From assembly GCA_965228735.1 (NCBI GenBank), contig OZ245838.1:4000001-4064000 (forward strand): DNA of 64,000 nt, in the 5' to 3' direction. The stretch comes from Planctomycetota bacterium (GTDB lineage Bacteria > Planctomycetota > UBA1135 > UBA2386). How positions within the stretch are numbered: position 1 is the first letter of the stretch; each line of letters begins with the position of its first letter. Below the pieces are notes generated by a model. It saw nothing but the letters and a program-made list of their open reading frames with translations, searched no databases and was not told the origin of the DNA. A program made the position numbers and the translations under genes. This document shows positions 1 through 9,632 of this stretch, piece after piece.

Positions 1-240
1 GCCGACGCGCACTTCCTCGCCTTCGGCGTAGGCCTCCATGCCGAGGCACGCGGCGACGGTCTGCGCCATGTACTCGAGCGTCATCACCGCATCGACCGCG
101 CCGTCACGGACCGTGAGTCCGTCCGGGTGGATCACGAGCCGTGCCCGCGCGCGCCCCTTCTCGTACTCGACGAGTTCGTCGAGGCCGAGCATCGGGCGCT
201 GGTGCGGCACGAGCTCCGAGACCGACGGGAAGGCGCTCAC
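1..240 (-). CDS. Hotdog-fold 3-hydroxyacyl-ACP dehydratase-like protein (ApeP-like), 3' end truncated by the window edge
   Basis: Not in the ORF track. GTG at 240 overlaps the upstream stop (GTGA). Reads MSAFPSVSELVPHQRPMLGLDELV...LEYMAQTVAA, with the PH-x-x-PM and E-x-MAQ hotdog dehydratase motifs. Confidence 0.8.
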   Translation of the reverse strand, partial: MSAFPSVSELVPHQRPMLGLDELVEYEKGRARARLVIHPDGLTVRDGAVDAVMTLEYMAQTVAACLGMEAYAEGEEVRVG

Positions 241-1037
241 TGCTGACCACCTTCGGGGTCGCGGATCTCGGCGCAGTAGCCGCGCCCGTGCCCGCGATCG
301 AGCGCGACCACGCCCCGTTCCTCGCGAGCGATCGCGGCGACGAGATCGAACATCCCGACAGTGGGGTTGCCGGCCAACGCATCCTCGCCCGCGGGCTCGA
401 GGCTGGCGGGCGCAGCCTCGCCGTCACTCACCAGCTGCAACCTCGCAAGACCACCTTCGCCTGCCGGAGCGAGCACGAGCGCCGCCGCGAGCATGTCCCA
501 GTTGGGATCATCCTTGCTCATCAGGCTGCGGGGCGACGCCTCGTCGGCACAGACCACGACGACCGGACCGCCGGTCGTCGCGACGAGGGCGGCACCCTCG
601 AGCAGCGCCGCGAACGGCGTGTCGCGGTCCGCCGCGAGCGAAGTCGTGAACCCGACGTTCTTCTTGGCGATGGAGATCATCCCGCTCGCGGCGTTGTGCA
701 CGCTGACCGTGAACGCCGCGGGCGACATCGGCTCGCGCGTGCGCCACATCGAGTCGAGCAACCCGATCATCGTCGACGCCTCGCCGACCGCCGAGCCGAC
801 GATCACGGGCGTCGTGACGGGATCGACCCCCGCCGCGGTAACGGCCTCTTCGACCGCGTCGCCGATCGCGCGACCGAGCGAGCTGACCCGCCGCCGCCCG
901 CGCTTGTCGAACGCGAGCCCGATCGGCTTGAGCTCGCCCGGTGCGCGATCGTCGTTACGAAACGCGCTCGCCGACGCGTAGTGCATCGTCCAGAGGCCGA
1001 TGCCGGTGACGTGGACGTGGACGGCAGCCTCGGTCAT
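237..1037 (-). CDS. Beta-ketoacyl synthase chain-length-factor-like protein (ApeC-like)
   Basis: Real start MTEAAVHV at 1037 (ATGA overlap with the KS stop). Motif SPAAFTVSVHNAASG typical of non-catalytic KS N-terminal/CLF proteins. Confidence 0.8.
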   Translation of the reverse strand: MTEAAVHVHVTGIGLWTMHYASASAFRNDDRAPGELKPIGLAFDKRGRRRVSSLGRAIGDAVEEAVTAAGVDPVTTPVIVGSAVGEASTMIGLLDSMWRTREPMSPAAFTVSVHNAASGMISIAKKNVGFTTSLAADRDTPFAALLEGAALVATTGGPVVVVCADEASPRSLMSKDDPNWDMLAAALVLAPAGEGGLARLQLVSDGEAAPASLEPAGEDALAGNPTVGMFDLVAAIAREERGVVALDRGHGRGYCAEIRDPEGGQQ

Positions 1038-2215
1038 GGCGCCCCCACGATCAGACTGACGTTGTTGCCGCCGAACGCGAACGAGTTGCTCAACACCCGC
1101 CGGATCGTGCCGCTGGTCTTGGAGTTCGGAATCGTGAGCTCGACCGCGGGGTCCACGGGGTCCACCGCGAGCGCCGGCGGGATCCAACCCTCCTCGATCG
1201 CCAGAGCGGCCATGACGAACTCGATGGCCGCGGCCGCGCCGAGCGTGTGGCCGGTGTACGCCTTGGTCGATACGACCGGCACGTCGCGGCCGAGGGTGGC
1301 CGCGATCGCCTTGGATTCGGCAGTGTCGTTGAGGTGCGTGCCGGTCCCGTGCGCGTTCACGTGATCGATGTCGGACGCCGCGCACCCGGCCTCGGCGAGC
1401 GCCGCGGTCATCGCGGCGCGCGCGCCCGCGCCCTCGGGATGCGGCGCGCTGATGTGATAGGAGTCGGAGGTCTCACCGACGCCCTCGACGACCACCCGCG
1501 CATCACCCTCGCGTTCGACGAGCGCGAACGCGCCGCCCTCGCCGATGCTGATGCCGTTGCGCTCCGCCGAGAACGGGCGGCACGGCACCTGATCGAGCGC
1601 CTGTAGCGACTGGAAGCCCTGCAGCGTCATGCTGCAGAGTGTGTCCATGCCGCCGACGATGGCCGCATCGACCAGCCCGGCCGCGATGAGCCGACGCGCG
1701 GTCGCGAACGACTTGCCGCTCGACGTGCACGCCGTCGAGATCATCCACGACGGGCCGCGCGCACCCGAAAGCTCGCGGACGACGTGCAGCGCCGCACCGA
1801 ACGTATGCTGCCGATGGAAGTCGTAGCGCCCCGGGAAGTGCCCGTGTTCCACGAGCTCGCGGTAGGCGACCTCCGTCGTCTCGGCCCCGGCCGTGCTCGT
1901 GCCGAGGATCACGGCGATGCGTTCGGGCCGCCAGCGTTCGCGCGCGCGCCCGAGCGGCTCGCCGAGATCCTGCACGAGCTGCGCGGCCATCCGCGACAAC
2001 CTGGTCGACCACGGCAGCAACCGTTCGGGGAGTTCCGGCAGTTCCGTCCCGACCGCGCCGACGGCCGTCTTGAAGTCGAGCGGGATCGGCGAGTCGCCGA
2101 GTCCCGTCCGCCCGGCCGCGAGGGCGTCGAGGTGCGCCGCGCGGCCGTGGCCGAGTGCGCTGAGGACGCTGTAGCCGGTCACGGGCAGCGGTCGAAACGT
2201 CGAAGCAGTCGGCAT
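1034..2215 (-). CDS. Beta-ketoacyl-ACP synthase (type II KS, ApeO-like)
   Basis: Cys-His-His motifs ISTACTSS, NAHGTGTHLND, KAYTGHTLGAA and C-terminal SNSFAFGGNN. Start MPTAST at 2215. Confidence 0.92.
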   Translation of the reverse strand: MPTASTFRPLPVTGYSVLSALGHGRAAHLDALAAGRTGLGDSPIPLDFKTAVGAVGTELPELPERLLPWSTRLSRMAAQLVQDLGEPLGRARERWRPERIAVILGTSTAGAETTEVAYRELVEHGHFPGRYDFHRQHTFGAALHVVRELSGARGPSWMISTACTSSGKSFATARRLIAAGLVDAAIVGGMDTLCSMTLQGFQSLQALDQVPCRPFSAERNGISIGEGGAFALVEREGDARVVVEGVGETSDSYHISAPHPEGAGARAAMTAALAEAGCAASDIDHVNAHGTGTHLNDTAESKAIAATLGRDVPVVSTKAYTGHTLGAAAAIEFVMAALAIEEGWIPPALAVDPVDPAVELTIPNSKTSGTIRRVLSNSFAFGGNNVSLIVGAP

Positions 2216-2240
2216 GCAGTGATCTCGCGATCTCGCCGCG

Positions 2241-3530
2241 TCAGGCTCGCACCGAGCCGGCCCGACGGCGCGCCCGCAGCAGCATCTCCTGGAACGGGTT
2301 GCCCGTGCGCCAGACATCGCCGGCGAGGACGCTCATGACGCCGCTGCGCAGCTCCATGTCCGTGTTGTCGCCGAGGAACATCGTCTCGGCGAAGTGTGAG
2401 TTGTAGAAGCGCTCGATGAGCCCGGCGAACGTGCGATACGCCCGGTCCATGCTCGCGTGGTGTTCGTCGAGCAGTGCCGGGTCCGCTTCCGTACCATTGG
2501 CGAGTGCCGGTCCGACGACGTTCGCGATGCTCGCGGCCGCCCGCAGAGCGAGCGTGACACCGGACGAGAACACCGGGTCGAGGAAGCACGCCGCGTCGCC
2601 CGCGGCCGCGAACCGCGCGCCATGGGCCTTGGTGTTACGATAGCTGAAGTTGCCGACCACCCGCGTCTCCTCGCGGGTCGCCGACCGCGTGAGCCGCTGC
2701 GCGAGGGGACCGCTGAGCAGGCCCGCATCGAGCTCTTCGCGCGTCATCTTGCCCTGGCTCACCATGCCGATGCTCACCCGCCGATCCGGCAACGGGATGA
2801 TCCATCCCCACCCTTCGGCGCGCAGCATGATCCGGATGTCGAAATCCGGCCCGAGCTCCGCGGTATCGGCGTTGGCGAAGTGCGTGAACGCCGCGGAGTG
2901 GCCGAACTGACTGTAGTGCTCGACGGCGTCCGCCCGCCGGGCCAGGAGCCGCGACTGCCCCGAGGCATCGATCAGATACCGCGCCCGGAACCGCCGCGTC
3001 GCGCCGGTCGCGTCGCGGGTCTCGGCCCAGGCCGCGTGCGGACCAGATCCGTGTTGACCAGATCCGTGTTGGCCAGAGGGCTCCGCGTCGACCCCCGCGT
3101 CGATCACCGTCTCACCATGCCGCACCTCGGCGCCGAGCTCACGCGCGCGATCCCGGAGCTGGGTGTCGAACGTCGCGCGCGTGACGTGCCACGCGTGCGG
3201 CGGACAGCCCGGCAGCGCCTCGTCGAAGCCGAACGCCTGCTCGCGTTTCGTCGCCTCGCAGACGAAGCGTGCGCCGCGCTTGTAGACGAACGTGTCGGGG
3301 GCGGACTCGATCCCGAGCTCCTCGAGCACCGGCAGGCACGCGGGCAGCAGCGACTCACCGATCCGGAAGCGCGGAAACTCCTCGCGCTCGAGCACGAGCA
3401 CGTCGTGCCCCTGCCGCGCGAGCAGCCCGGCCACGGCCGTGCCCGCAGGCCCGCCCCCCAATACGAGGACATCGCGGACGAGGACATCGCGGACCATGAC
3501 GTCGCGTTCGCCGGTATCGGTCGCCGCCAT
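2241..3530 (-). CDS. FAD-dependent oxidoreductase, putative flavin-dependent halogenase
   Basis: GGGPAG FAD motif, IGESLLP, YKRGARF, GWGWIIP (WxWxIP) and GDAACFLDPVFSSG. Start at 3530 overlaps the fabG stop (TGATG). Confidence 0.8.
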   Translation of the reverse strand: MAATDTGERDVMVRDVLVRDVLVLGGGPAGTAVAGLLARQGHDVLVLEREEFPRFRIGESLLPACLPVLEELGIESAPDTFVYKRGARFVCEATKREQAFGFDEALPGCPPHAWHVTRATFDTQLRDRARELGAEVRHGETVIDAGVDAEPSGQHGSGQHGSGPHAAWAETRDATGATRRFRARYLIDASGQSRLLARRADAVEHYSQFGHSAAFTHFANADTAELGPDFDIRIMLRAEGWGWIIPLPDRRVSIGMVSQGKMTREELDAGLLSGPLAQRLTRSATREETRVVGNFSYRNTKAHGARFAAAGDAACFLDPVFSSGVTLALRAAASIANVVGPALANGTEADPALLDEHHASMDRAYRTFAGLIERFYNSHFAETMFLGDNTDMELRSGVMSVLAGDVWRTGNPFQEMLLRARRRAGSVRA

Positions 3531-4276
3531 CAGCCGAATCCTCCATCGATCCCGATGGATTGCCCCGTGATGTAGGCCGCGTCGTCGGACGCCAGGAATC
3601 CGACGAGCGCGGCGACCTCCTCCGGCCGCCCGACGCGCTGCATCGGAATCTGCTTCGTCACGAAGTCGGGCACGCCCTCGATCATAGCGGTGTCGATCAG
3701 CCCGGGTGCGACGGCGTTGACGGTGATCTTGCGCTTGGCGAGTTCCATCGCGAGCGCGCGCGTCGCGCCCACGATCCCGGCCTTGGCGGCGGCATAGTTG
3801 ACCTGGCCGCGGTTGCCGCGCGTCGCCGAGATCGACGACATGTTGATGATGCGACCCCACTTCCGCTGCACCATCTGCATCACGAGCGGATGGGTGACGT
3901 GGTAGAAGCCGTCGAGCGACGTCCGCAGCACCGCGTGCCAGTCGTCGAGCGCGAGCGCCGGGAACGCGTTGTCCCGCACGACGCCGGCGTTGTTCACGAG
4001 CACGCCGATCGGGCGTTCGTCGGTGAGCAGCTCCTCGATCGCGGCGCCCGTGGCCGCGCCGTCACCGACGTCGAACTGGCGCGCCACCGCCTCGCCGCCG
4101 CCAGCTGTGATCGACTCCACGATGGCCTGCGCGCCGGCTTCGTCACGGTTGAAGTTGACGATTACGGGATGCCCCATCGCGCCGAGGCGGCGGGCGATCG
4201 CCGCACCGATGCCCTTGCTCGCGCCCGTGACGAGCGCCCGCGTCGCGCGGGCCCGATCGTTCGTAGCCACCGTCAT
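3530..4276 (-). CDS. fabG: 3-oxoacyl-ACP reductase (SDR, ApeQ/FabG-like)
   Basis: TGASKGIG, NNAG, YAAAK catalytic motif, NAVAPG. Confidence 0.9.
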   Translation of the reverse strand: MTVATNDRARATRALVTGASKGIGAAIARRLGAMGHPVIVNFNRDEAGAQAIVESITAGGGEAVARQFDVGDGAATGAAIEELLTDERPIGVLVNNAGVVRDNAFPALALDDWHAVLRTSLDGFYHVTHPLVMQMVQRKWGRIINMSSISATRGNRGQVNYAAAKAGIVGATRALAMELAKRKITVNAVAPGLIDTAMIEGVPDFVTKQIPMQRVGRPEEVAALVGFLASDDAAYITGQSIGIDGGFG

Positions 4277-4869
4277 TGCACCTCCAGGACGCGACCAGCC
4301 GCGTCGAAGTGGACGCGCACCGGCGACCTATCGTCGCGCCAGTACTTCCAGACGGTGCTGGAGAGCGAGATCGTGCCGCTCTGCGGCGGTGGTCCGAACG
4401 CCGCGAGCACGGCCTTCTTCGTCATGCCCGGCAGAACCTGCCCGGTCTCGATCGCGCGCTGTTCCGCGCCGCCGAACTCGCTGAGATCGATCGGCTTCGG
4501 CGCGAGGACCTGGCGGTAGGCGTCCCACAGCGAACCGCCGGTCGCGCGCGGGTCGTTCTGCACGATCAGCGTGCTGCCGTCCTCGGTTCGCAGCTCGATC
4601 GTGTCCCCGCCGCTCTGCAGCAGTTCGACCTTCGTGTTGATCGGCACGAAGCGGCAGCCCTCGAAGAACAGGGCGGGCAGCGCCGGCCGGAGATTGCGGG
4701 TGTCGTGCACGCCGTCCTGACTGTAGAGCGAGTAGCGCGTGTAGTGCTCGCCTTCGACGATCGCCGCACGATTCGACATCACGCACCCGGCACCGACGAC
4801 GAGCAGCCCGGTAGCCGTAACGACGGCGAACATCACCGCGGCAACGCGACGAGGGGAGAACCGGGGCAT
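4273..4869 (-). CDS. Hypothetical lipoprotein with a C-terminal SmpA/BamE-like module
   Basis: Hydrophobic N-terminus ending VGAGC (lipobox). C-terminal PGMTKKAVLAAFGPP...WKYW pattern. Stop overlaps the fabG start. Confidence 0.6.
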   Translation of the reverse strand: MPRFSPRRVAAVMFAVVTATGLLVVGAGCVMSNRAAIVEGEHYTRYSLYSQDGVHDTRNLRPALPALFFEGCRFVPINTKVELLQSGGDTIELRTEDGSTLIVQNDPRATGGSLWDAYRQVLAPKPIDLSEFGGAEQRAIETGQVLPGMTKKAVLAAFGPPPQSGTISLSSTVWKYWRDDRSPVRVHFDAAGRVLEVQ

Positions 4870-4914
4870 CCGGCCCAAACTACGGGACCCGAAGGGCCGT
4901 GCAAGCGCGACCGC

Positions 4915-5874
4915 CTACTCGCGGGTCCGCAACGTCTGCTGGCGCGTCCGGTCGAGTTCGAGGCGCAGCACGTCGGGCCGGGCGTAGTGGCCCGCGGGGT
5001 CGAAGTTCTGCCGCTCCCGGCGCACCGCGGCGGGATCGAGCACGGCGGTGATCAGGCGTTCTTCTCCAGTGACCGGCTCCACGACGAACTCTCCGTCCGG
5101 CCCCGCGATGCACGAGCCGCCGTCGGCCGAGACCGCAGGTAGCGCCGCCCGCAGTTCGGCCGCGTACGGGATGTGGTCCGGGACGTCCTCCCGCCGCATC
5201 AGCCCGCAGGCAGCCAGCGAATAGCCGCGACCTTCGCGCGCGAGGAACGGCGTGATCGGCCGGGTGTTGCGCTCGTTGCCGGGCCACAGCGCCACGTGCA
5301 GATCCTCGCCGTCGGCGTGCAGCGCCGCGCGCGGCAGCGTCATCCAGTTCTCCCAGCACGACAACCCACCGAGACGGAACGGCCCGACGTCGTGACAACG
5401 CAACCCGTGGCCGTCACCCGGCGACCAGACGAGCCGCTCTTCGTGGGTCGGCACGAGCTTTCTGTGCAACGGCAGCACCCGCCCACCCGCGTCGATCACG
5501 ACGAGCGCGCAGTAGAGCGAATGGCCGCCGCGGTCAAGCGCCCGCTCCATGCACCCGAGCACGATCGTCAGCGCATGCGCGCGGGCCAGCTCGCGCAGCC
5601 CGTCGAGGTGACCGGCCTCCGGATCGACCCCCTGGTCGAGGTAGTGGGCGTAGAGTTCCTTCTGCCACGCGTCCTCGAAGCGCGCTCCATTCGTGTGCTC
5701 GACCCAGAACGGGTAGCCGGGCACGAGCGCCTCGCCGAACACGCAGAGCCGCGCACCGCCGGCCGCGGCCCGTTCGACCCACTCAGTGACCTTGACGAAC
5801 GTGCGGTCACGATCGAGCCAGACGGGTGCGATCTGCGCGATCGCGACGGGCAGCACGGACGCGGTGGCATTCAC
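4915..5874 (-). CDS. Nitrilase / carbon-nitrogen hydrolase
   Basis: E-K-C triad motifs GEALVPGYP, HRKLVPTHEER, LSCWEN and C-terminal DPAGHYARPD. GTG 5874 preferred; 5883 is possible. Confidence 0.9.
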   Translation of the reverse strand: MNATASVLPVAIAQIAPVWLDRDRTFVKVTEWVERAAAGGARLCVFGEALVPGYPFWVEHTNGARFEDAWQKELYAHYLDQGVDPEAGHLDGLRELARAHALTIVLGCMERALDRGGHSLYCALVVIDAGGRVLPLHRKLVPTHEERLVWSPGDGHGLRCHDVGPFRLGGLSCWENWMTLPRAALHADGEDLHVALWPGNERNTRPITPFLAREGRGYSLAACGLMRREDVPDHIPYAAELRAALPAVSADGGSCIAGPDGEFVVEPVTGEERLITAVLDPAAVRRERQNFDPAGHYARPDVLRLELDRTRQQTLRTRE

Positions 5875-5922
5875 GGGGGCCACGATAGTGGCTCGCCGGA
5901 GCTACGCGAGCTGCGAGCTCAC

Positions 5923-6921
5923 TCAGCGCACCGGCCCGGCCGGCGACGCCGCGCCCCGCTCCATCGCCGACAGCGCGCGTTCGGCCGCCGGCAGCCCCTG
6001 GTCGGCGGCCCGGGCCAGCAGCGCGCGCGCAACGTCCGTCTGCGGGACGCGCCCGGCGCGGCCGCGGAGGTGCGCGAGCGCCAGGGTGTACTGCGCGATG
6101 GCGAGGTCCTGCTCGGCCGCCTGCTCGAGCCAGTAGAGCGCCTCGTTGTTGTCCGACACGACCCCTCGGCCCGTCAGGTACATCCAACCGAGGTGATGCT
6201 GCGCCTCGGCGAGCCCCTGCTTCGAAGCCGCCATGAACCAGCTCGCGGCGATCGCGTCGCTCTGCTCCGTGCCCTGCCCGTGGAAGTGCAGCAGGCCGAG
6301 CCGATGCTGCGCGCCCGCGTCACCCGCGTCGGCCGCCTCTTCGTAGTAGGCGAGCGCTCGTTCGCAGTCGATCTCGACGCCGAGCCCCTCCTCGTAGATC
6401 GAGCCGAGCACGCGATGGGCCTTGACGTCACCCTGATCCGCCGCGCGCGCGAGCCAGACCCGCGCGAGCTCGAGGTTCTGATCGACGCCATGGCCGAACA
6501 GGAACACGACACCGCGGTTGCACTGCGCCCGCGCGAACCCCTGTTCGGCCGACTTCTCGAACCACCGGGCAGCTTCACTGTGCGACTGCTCGCAGCCCTT
6601 GCCCTCATAGCAGAGTAGACCGAGGTTGTTCTGCGCCGCAGCGTGCCCCTGCTCGGCGGCCTGACGGTAGTAGTCGTGCGCGAGGGCGAGGTCGGGCGCG
6701 ACACCCTGGCCTTCTTCGTAGGCCAGGCCGAGCAGGAACTGGGAATCCGCGTCGCCCGCGATCGCGTTGGGCCGCAGGACCTCGAGCGCGGCGATGTGAT
6801 CACCACGCGCGTTCGCCAGCCACGCTCGCTGCGTCGACGTGCTGCAGGCCGAGAGCCCGAGGAAGCCGATGGCAAGGGCAGCAGCGAAACGAGTCACCCG
6901 GGAGATGTGCTCCATTCCCAT
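5923..6921 (-). CDS. Sel1-like repeat lipoprotein
   Basis: Lipobox LSAC followed by about seven repeats of AQxxLGxxYxxGxGVxxDxxxAxxWxxxAAxQG. Confidence 0.9.
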   Translation of the reverse strand: MGMEHISRVTRFAAALAIGFLGLSACSTSTQRAWLANARGDHIAALEVLRPNAIAGDADSQFLLGLAYEEGQGVAPDLALAHDYYRQAAEQGHAAAQNNLGLLCYEGKGCEQSHSEAARWFEKSAEQGFARAQCNRGVVFLFGHGVDQNLELARVWLARAADQGDVKAHRVLGSIYEEGLGVEIDCERALAYYEEAADAGDAGAQHRLGLLHFHGQGTEQSDAIAASWFMAASKQGLAEAQHHLGWMYLTGRGVVSDNNEALYWLEQAAEQDLAIAQYTLALAHLRGRAGRVPQTDVARALLARAADQGLPAAERALSAMERGAASPAGPVR

Positions 6922-6957
6922 CGCATCGGTGATGCGACGGATGAAGCTTGAACAAGC

Positions 6958-7079
6958 CCGTACGGAACCAGCCCGTACGGAACCTGGTTCATGCTGCCGG
7001 CCACCGTACGGCCACCCGCGAGGCGCCCCCCCGGGGCCGGCAGCATGAACCAGGTTCCGTACGGCCGGGTTCCGTACGG
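6958..7079. repeat. Intergenic REP-like palindromic element: perfect 30-bp inverted repeat plus five CCGTACGG palindromes
   Basis: 6973-7002 is the exact reverse complement of 7035-7064. CCGTACGG occurs at 6958, 6973, 7004, 7057 and 7072. Confidence 0.85.
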
Positions 7080-7089
7080 CCGGTTCGGA

Positions 7090-8520
7090 TCAGCCGCCTT
7101 GGGCGGCCAGGCGCTCCACCTTCTCGAGCCAGTCCTGGACGTCGTCGCGGGGGTCGAGGGCCTGCGCGCGCTTGAGCAGCGGCAGGGCCTTGCCGTACTG
7201 GCCCTCGCGCACGAGCACCTGCGCGTGCCGCACCTTGGCGTCGGCCTCGAACTTCGGGATGGCCGCCGCGTTCTCGTAGTAGAGGATCGCGCGGTCGATC
7301 TCGTTCTTGCTAGCGTAGTGCTGCCCCAGCAGGATCAGCGCTTCGCCATCGAGCGGATCGAGCGCGACGATCTCCTCGAGGATCGCGGCCTGCTCGTCGC
7401 TCGACTGCTCGGCCATCGCGATGCGGGCCTTGAGCTTGAGCATGTCCTTCTTGGCCTCGCCCTGCAGCTCGTCCGCGAAGCGGGTCTGGATGATCTCGAG
7501 CAGTCGCTTGCCCTGGTCGCCGGCGTTGCGCGCGATGAGCACCTTGGCGTTGCGCAGCGCCTTCTGCACGTCGGCACCCGCGTCCTTGCCGAGCGCGCGC
7601 TCGTAGGCGCCGGCGGCCAACTCGAACATCTCCTGGTTGACGTAGATGTCGCCGAGCGTGTTGAGCGAATCCGCGGTGGACTGACCGAGGTGGTCGACGA
7701 TCTCGAGGTTCTCGGCGGCCTTGCCGACCGAGCCCATGCCGAGGTAGGCGTTGGCCTGCAGCTGCCACAGCTTGCCGTCGTGCGAGTTGTCCTCGAGCAT
7801 GCCGTCGAGCAGCGACGCGACGGCGGCGAAGCGCTTCTGCTGGAACAGCGACTTGGCGAGCCCCATCTGCCAGTCGATCAGGTCGGGATCGAACAACGCC
7901 GCCATCCGGTATGCCGATTCGGCTGCGACGTGGTTGTCGATCATCGCGTAGCTGTAGCCGAGCAGACCGTAGGTCAGCGCGTCGCTGCCGCCGGTCTGGA
8001 TGACCTTGGCGAACGCACGGGTCGCGCCGCGGAAGTCGTTGAGGCGGACGTGGCAGATGCCCTTGTTCTTCCACGCGCGGCGGAACTTCGCATGCTTGCC
8101 GATCGCCTTGTCGTAGGCCGCGATCGCCTCCTGCCACTGCTGCTGCTGCATGTGCACGTTGCCGAGCGTGAACTCGAAGACCGCCGACGAGGTCGGTCCG
8201 ATCAACGTGCGGAGCTGCTCGACCGCCCACTTGAGGCGGTCCTTCGAGATCGCGCCCAACACCTCCTGCATCGAATCACGCTCGAACTCCTCGAGCCGCG
8301 GTTCGACCTCGGTCTCCGGCAGGTAGCTCTCCGCGAATGCGCGCCGGTAGTCGATGTCGTTCCAGATATCGAGCCAGCCCTGGCGGTCGGACTTGCTCGC
8401 CCGCGCATTCTGGGCGCGGGCCTCCTGGACGTTCGCAGGCGGCCCCTGGGGCGCGGCGGCCGCGGTCGCCGTCAGCGACAGGCCAAGCAGGATAGAGAGA
8501 CAGTGGAATCGCATGCTCAT
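7090..8520 (-). CDS. TPR protein of the TonB operon (TtpD-like)
   Basis: Signal peptide MSMRFHCLSILLGLSLTATAAA and many TPR-like helical repeats. ATGA overlap with the tonB stop. Confidence 0.85.
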   Translation of the reverse strand: MSMRFHCLSILLGLSLTATAAAAPQGPPANVQEARAQNARASKSDRQGWLDIWNDIDYRRAFAESYLPETEVEPRLEEFERDSMQEVLGAISKDRLKWAVEQLRTLIGPTSSAVFEFTLGNVHMQQQQWQEAIAAYDKAIGKHAKFRRAWKNKGICHVRLNDFRGATRAFAKVIQTGGSDALTYGLLGYSYAMIDNHVAAESAYRMAALFDPDLIDWQMGLAKSLFQQKRFAAVASLLDGMLEDNSHDGKLWQLQANAYLGMGSVGKAAENLEIVDHLGQSTADSLNTLGDIYVNQEMFELAAGAYERALGKDAGADVQKALRNAKVLIARNAGDQGKRLLEIIQTRFADELQGEAKKDMLKLKARIAMAEQSSDEQAAILEEIVALDPLDGEALILLGQHYASKNEIDRAILYYENAAAIPKFEADAKVRHAQVLVREGQYGKALPLLKRAQALDPRDDVQDWLEKVERLAAQGG

Positions 8521-9176
8521 CGGGACCTCTTGAAGCGCATCGGCAGGCGCATCCGGTCGGGAACGGGAACGTTTCTGCGCTTGGCGGGTTCGAACCGCCA
8601 CTTCATGATCGCCTCGAGCGCGGGGCGCTCGAACGCGGGATCACTGGATCGATAGACCTCGGGGTCCTTCACCTTGCCGTCGACCGTGACGTAGAAGACG
8701 ACGACGACGGTCGCGTCCTTGCGGCGCAGCTCGGGCGAGAGGTTGGGGGCGTGCCGGTAGATCACCTTCGGCTTCTGGTCGACCTCGAGACCGCCGAACA
8801 TGTCCTCGGCGCTGGCACCGCCACCGCCCGCGAGGTTGTCGAGATTGACCCCGAAGTCGCCGGCGAGATAGCCACCGCCGAGCGACGGGTTGAGCGCGAG
8901 CTCGAGCTGCGAGAGGTCGAGCGGCGCCATCTGCTCCTGCAGCTCCGGCGGTTTCTCGTCGGGTTCCGGCTCGGGCTCCGGCTCCGGCGGCGGCGGCTCG
9001 TCCGGCGGCGGGATGTACGTATCGACGTCCGTCAGCCTGACGGAGTCGTCGTCGGACTTCGCGATCGCCTGCAGGATCGGCAGCACGAGGAAGCACAGGA
9101 GCGTCAGCCCCGACGATCCGAGGAGCACGCCGATGCGGTGCCGCCAGCTGGTCTTGGTCGACTTCGAAAAGGCCAT
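8517..9176 (-). CDS. tonB: Energy transducer TonB
   Basis: N-terminal TM helix, PPPPEPEPEPEP linker, TonB C-domain (VDGKV...FERPALEAIMKWRFEPA). Confidence 0.9.
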   Translation of the reverse strand: MAFSKSTKTSWRHRIGVLLGSSGLTLLCFLVLPILQAIAKSDDDSVRLTDVDTYIPPPDEPPPPEPEPEPEPDEKPPELQEQMAPLDLSQLELALNPSLGGGYLAGDFGVNLDNLAGGGGASAEDMFGGLEVDQKPKVIYRHAPNLSPELRRKDATVVVVFYVTVDGKVKDPEVYRSSDPAFERPALEAIMKWRFEPAKRRNVPVPDRMRLPMRFKRSR

Positions 9177-9183
9177 GGCTAGC

Positions 9184-9597
9184 TCAGCTGCCGCGCGCGT
9201 CGGTGGCGATGCTGATCTTCTGCGCGCCGGCGAGCTTGGCCTCGTCGATCACGCGGACGAGCATGCCCGATGGCGCCTCGCGGTCGGCCTGGATGATGAC
9301 CGGCACCGTCGGCTCCTTCTGGATCTCACGCTTCACGAGCGGCTGCACGCCGGCGATCGAGATCGACCGCTCGGCGTGGTAGACGTCGCCGTTCGCCGTG
9401 AGCGCGATGAAGATGCTCGTCTTCTCGAGGTTGCTGGCCGAGGCGGCCTGCGGCTTGTCGACCTCGACGCCGGTCTCCTCGACGAACGTCGTGGTGACGA
9501 TGAAGAAGATCAGCAGGATGAAGACGCAGTCGATCATCGGCGAGATGTCGATCGAGCCTTCGCCTTCGTCTTCGGCAGCTGCGCGGAATCGGGACAT
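9184..9597 (-). CDS. exbD: Biopolymer transporter ExbD
   Basis: IDISPMIDCVFILLIFFIVTT TM motif with conserved Asp, plus IQADREA. Start MSRFR at 9597. Confidence 0.92.
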   Translation of the reverse strand: MSRFRAAAEDEGEGSIDISPMIDCVFILLIFFIVTTTFVEETGVEVDKPQAASASNLEKTSIFIALTANGDVYHAERSISIAGVQPLVKREIQKEPTVPVIIQADREAPSGMLVRVIDEAKLAGAQKISIATDARGS

Positions 9598-9632
9598 GGT
9601 TTGCTTTTCGTCTCGAGTTCTGGAGGTTTGCT

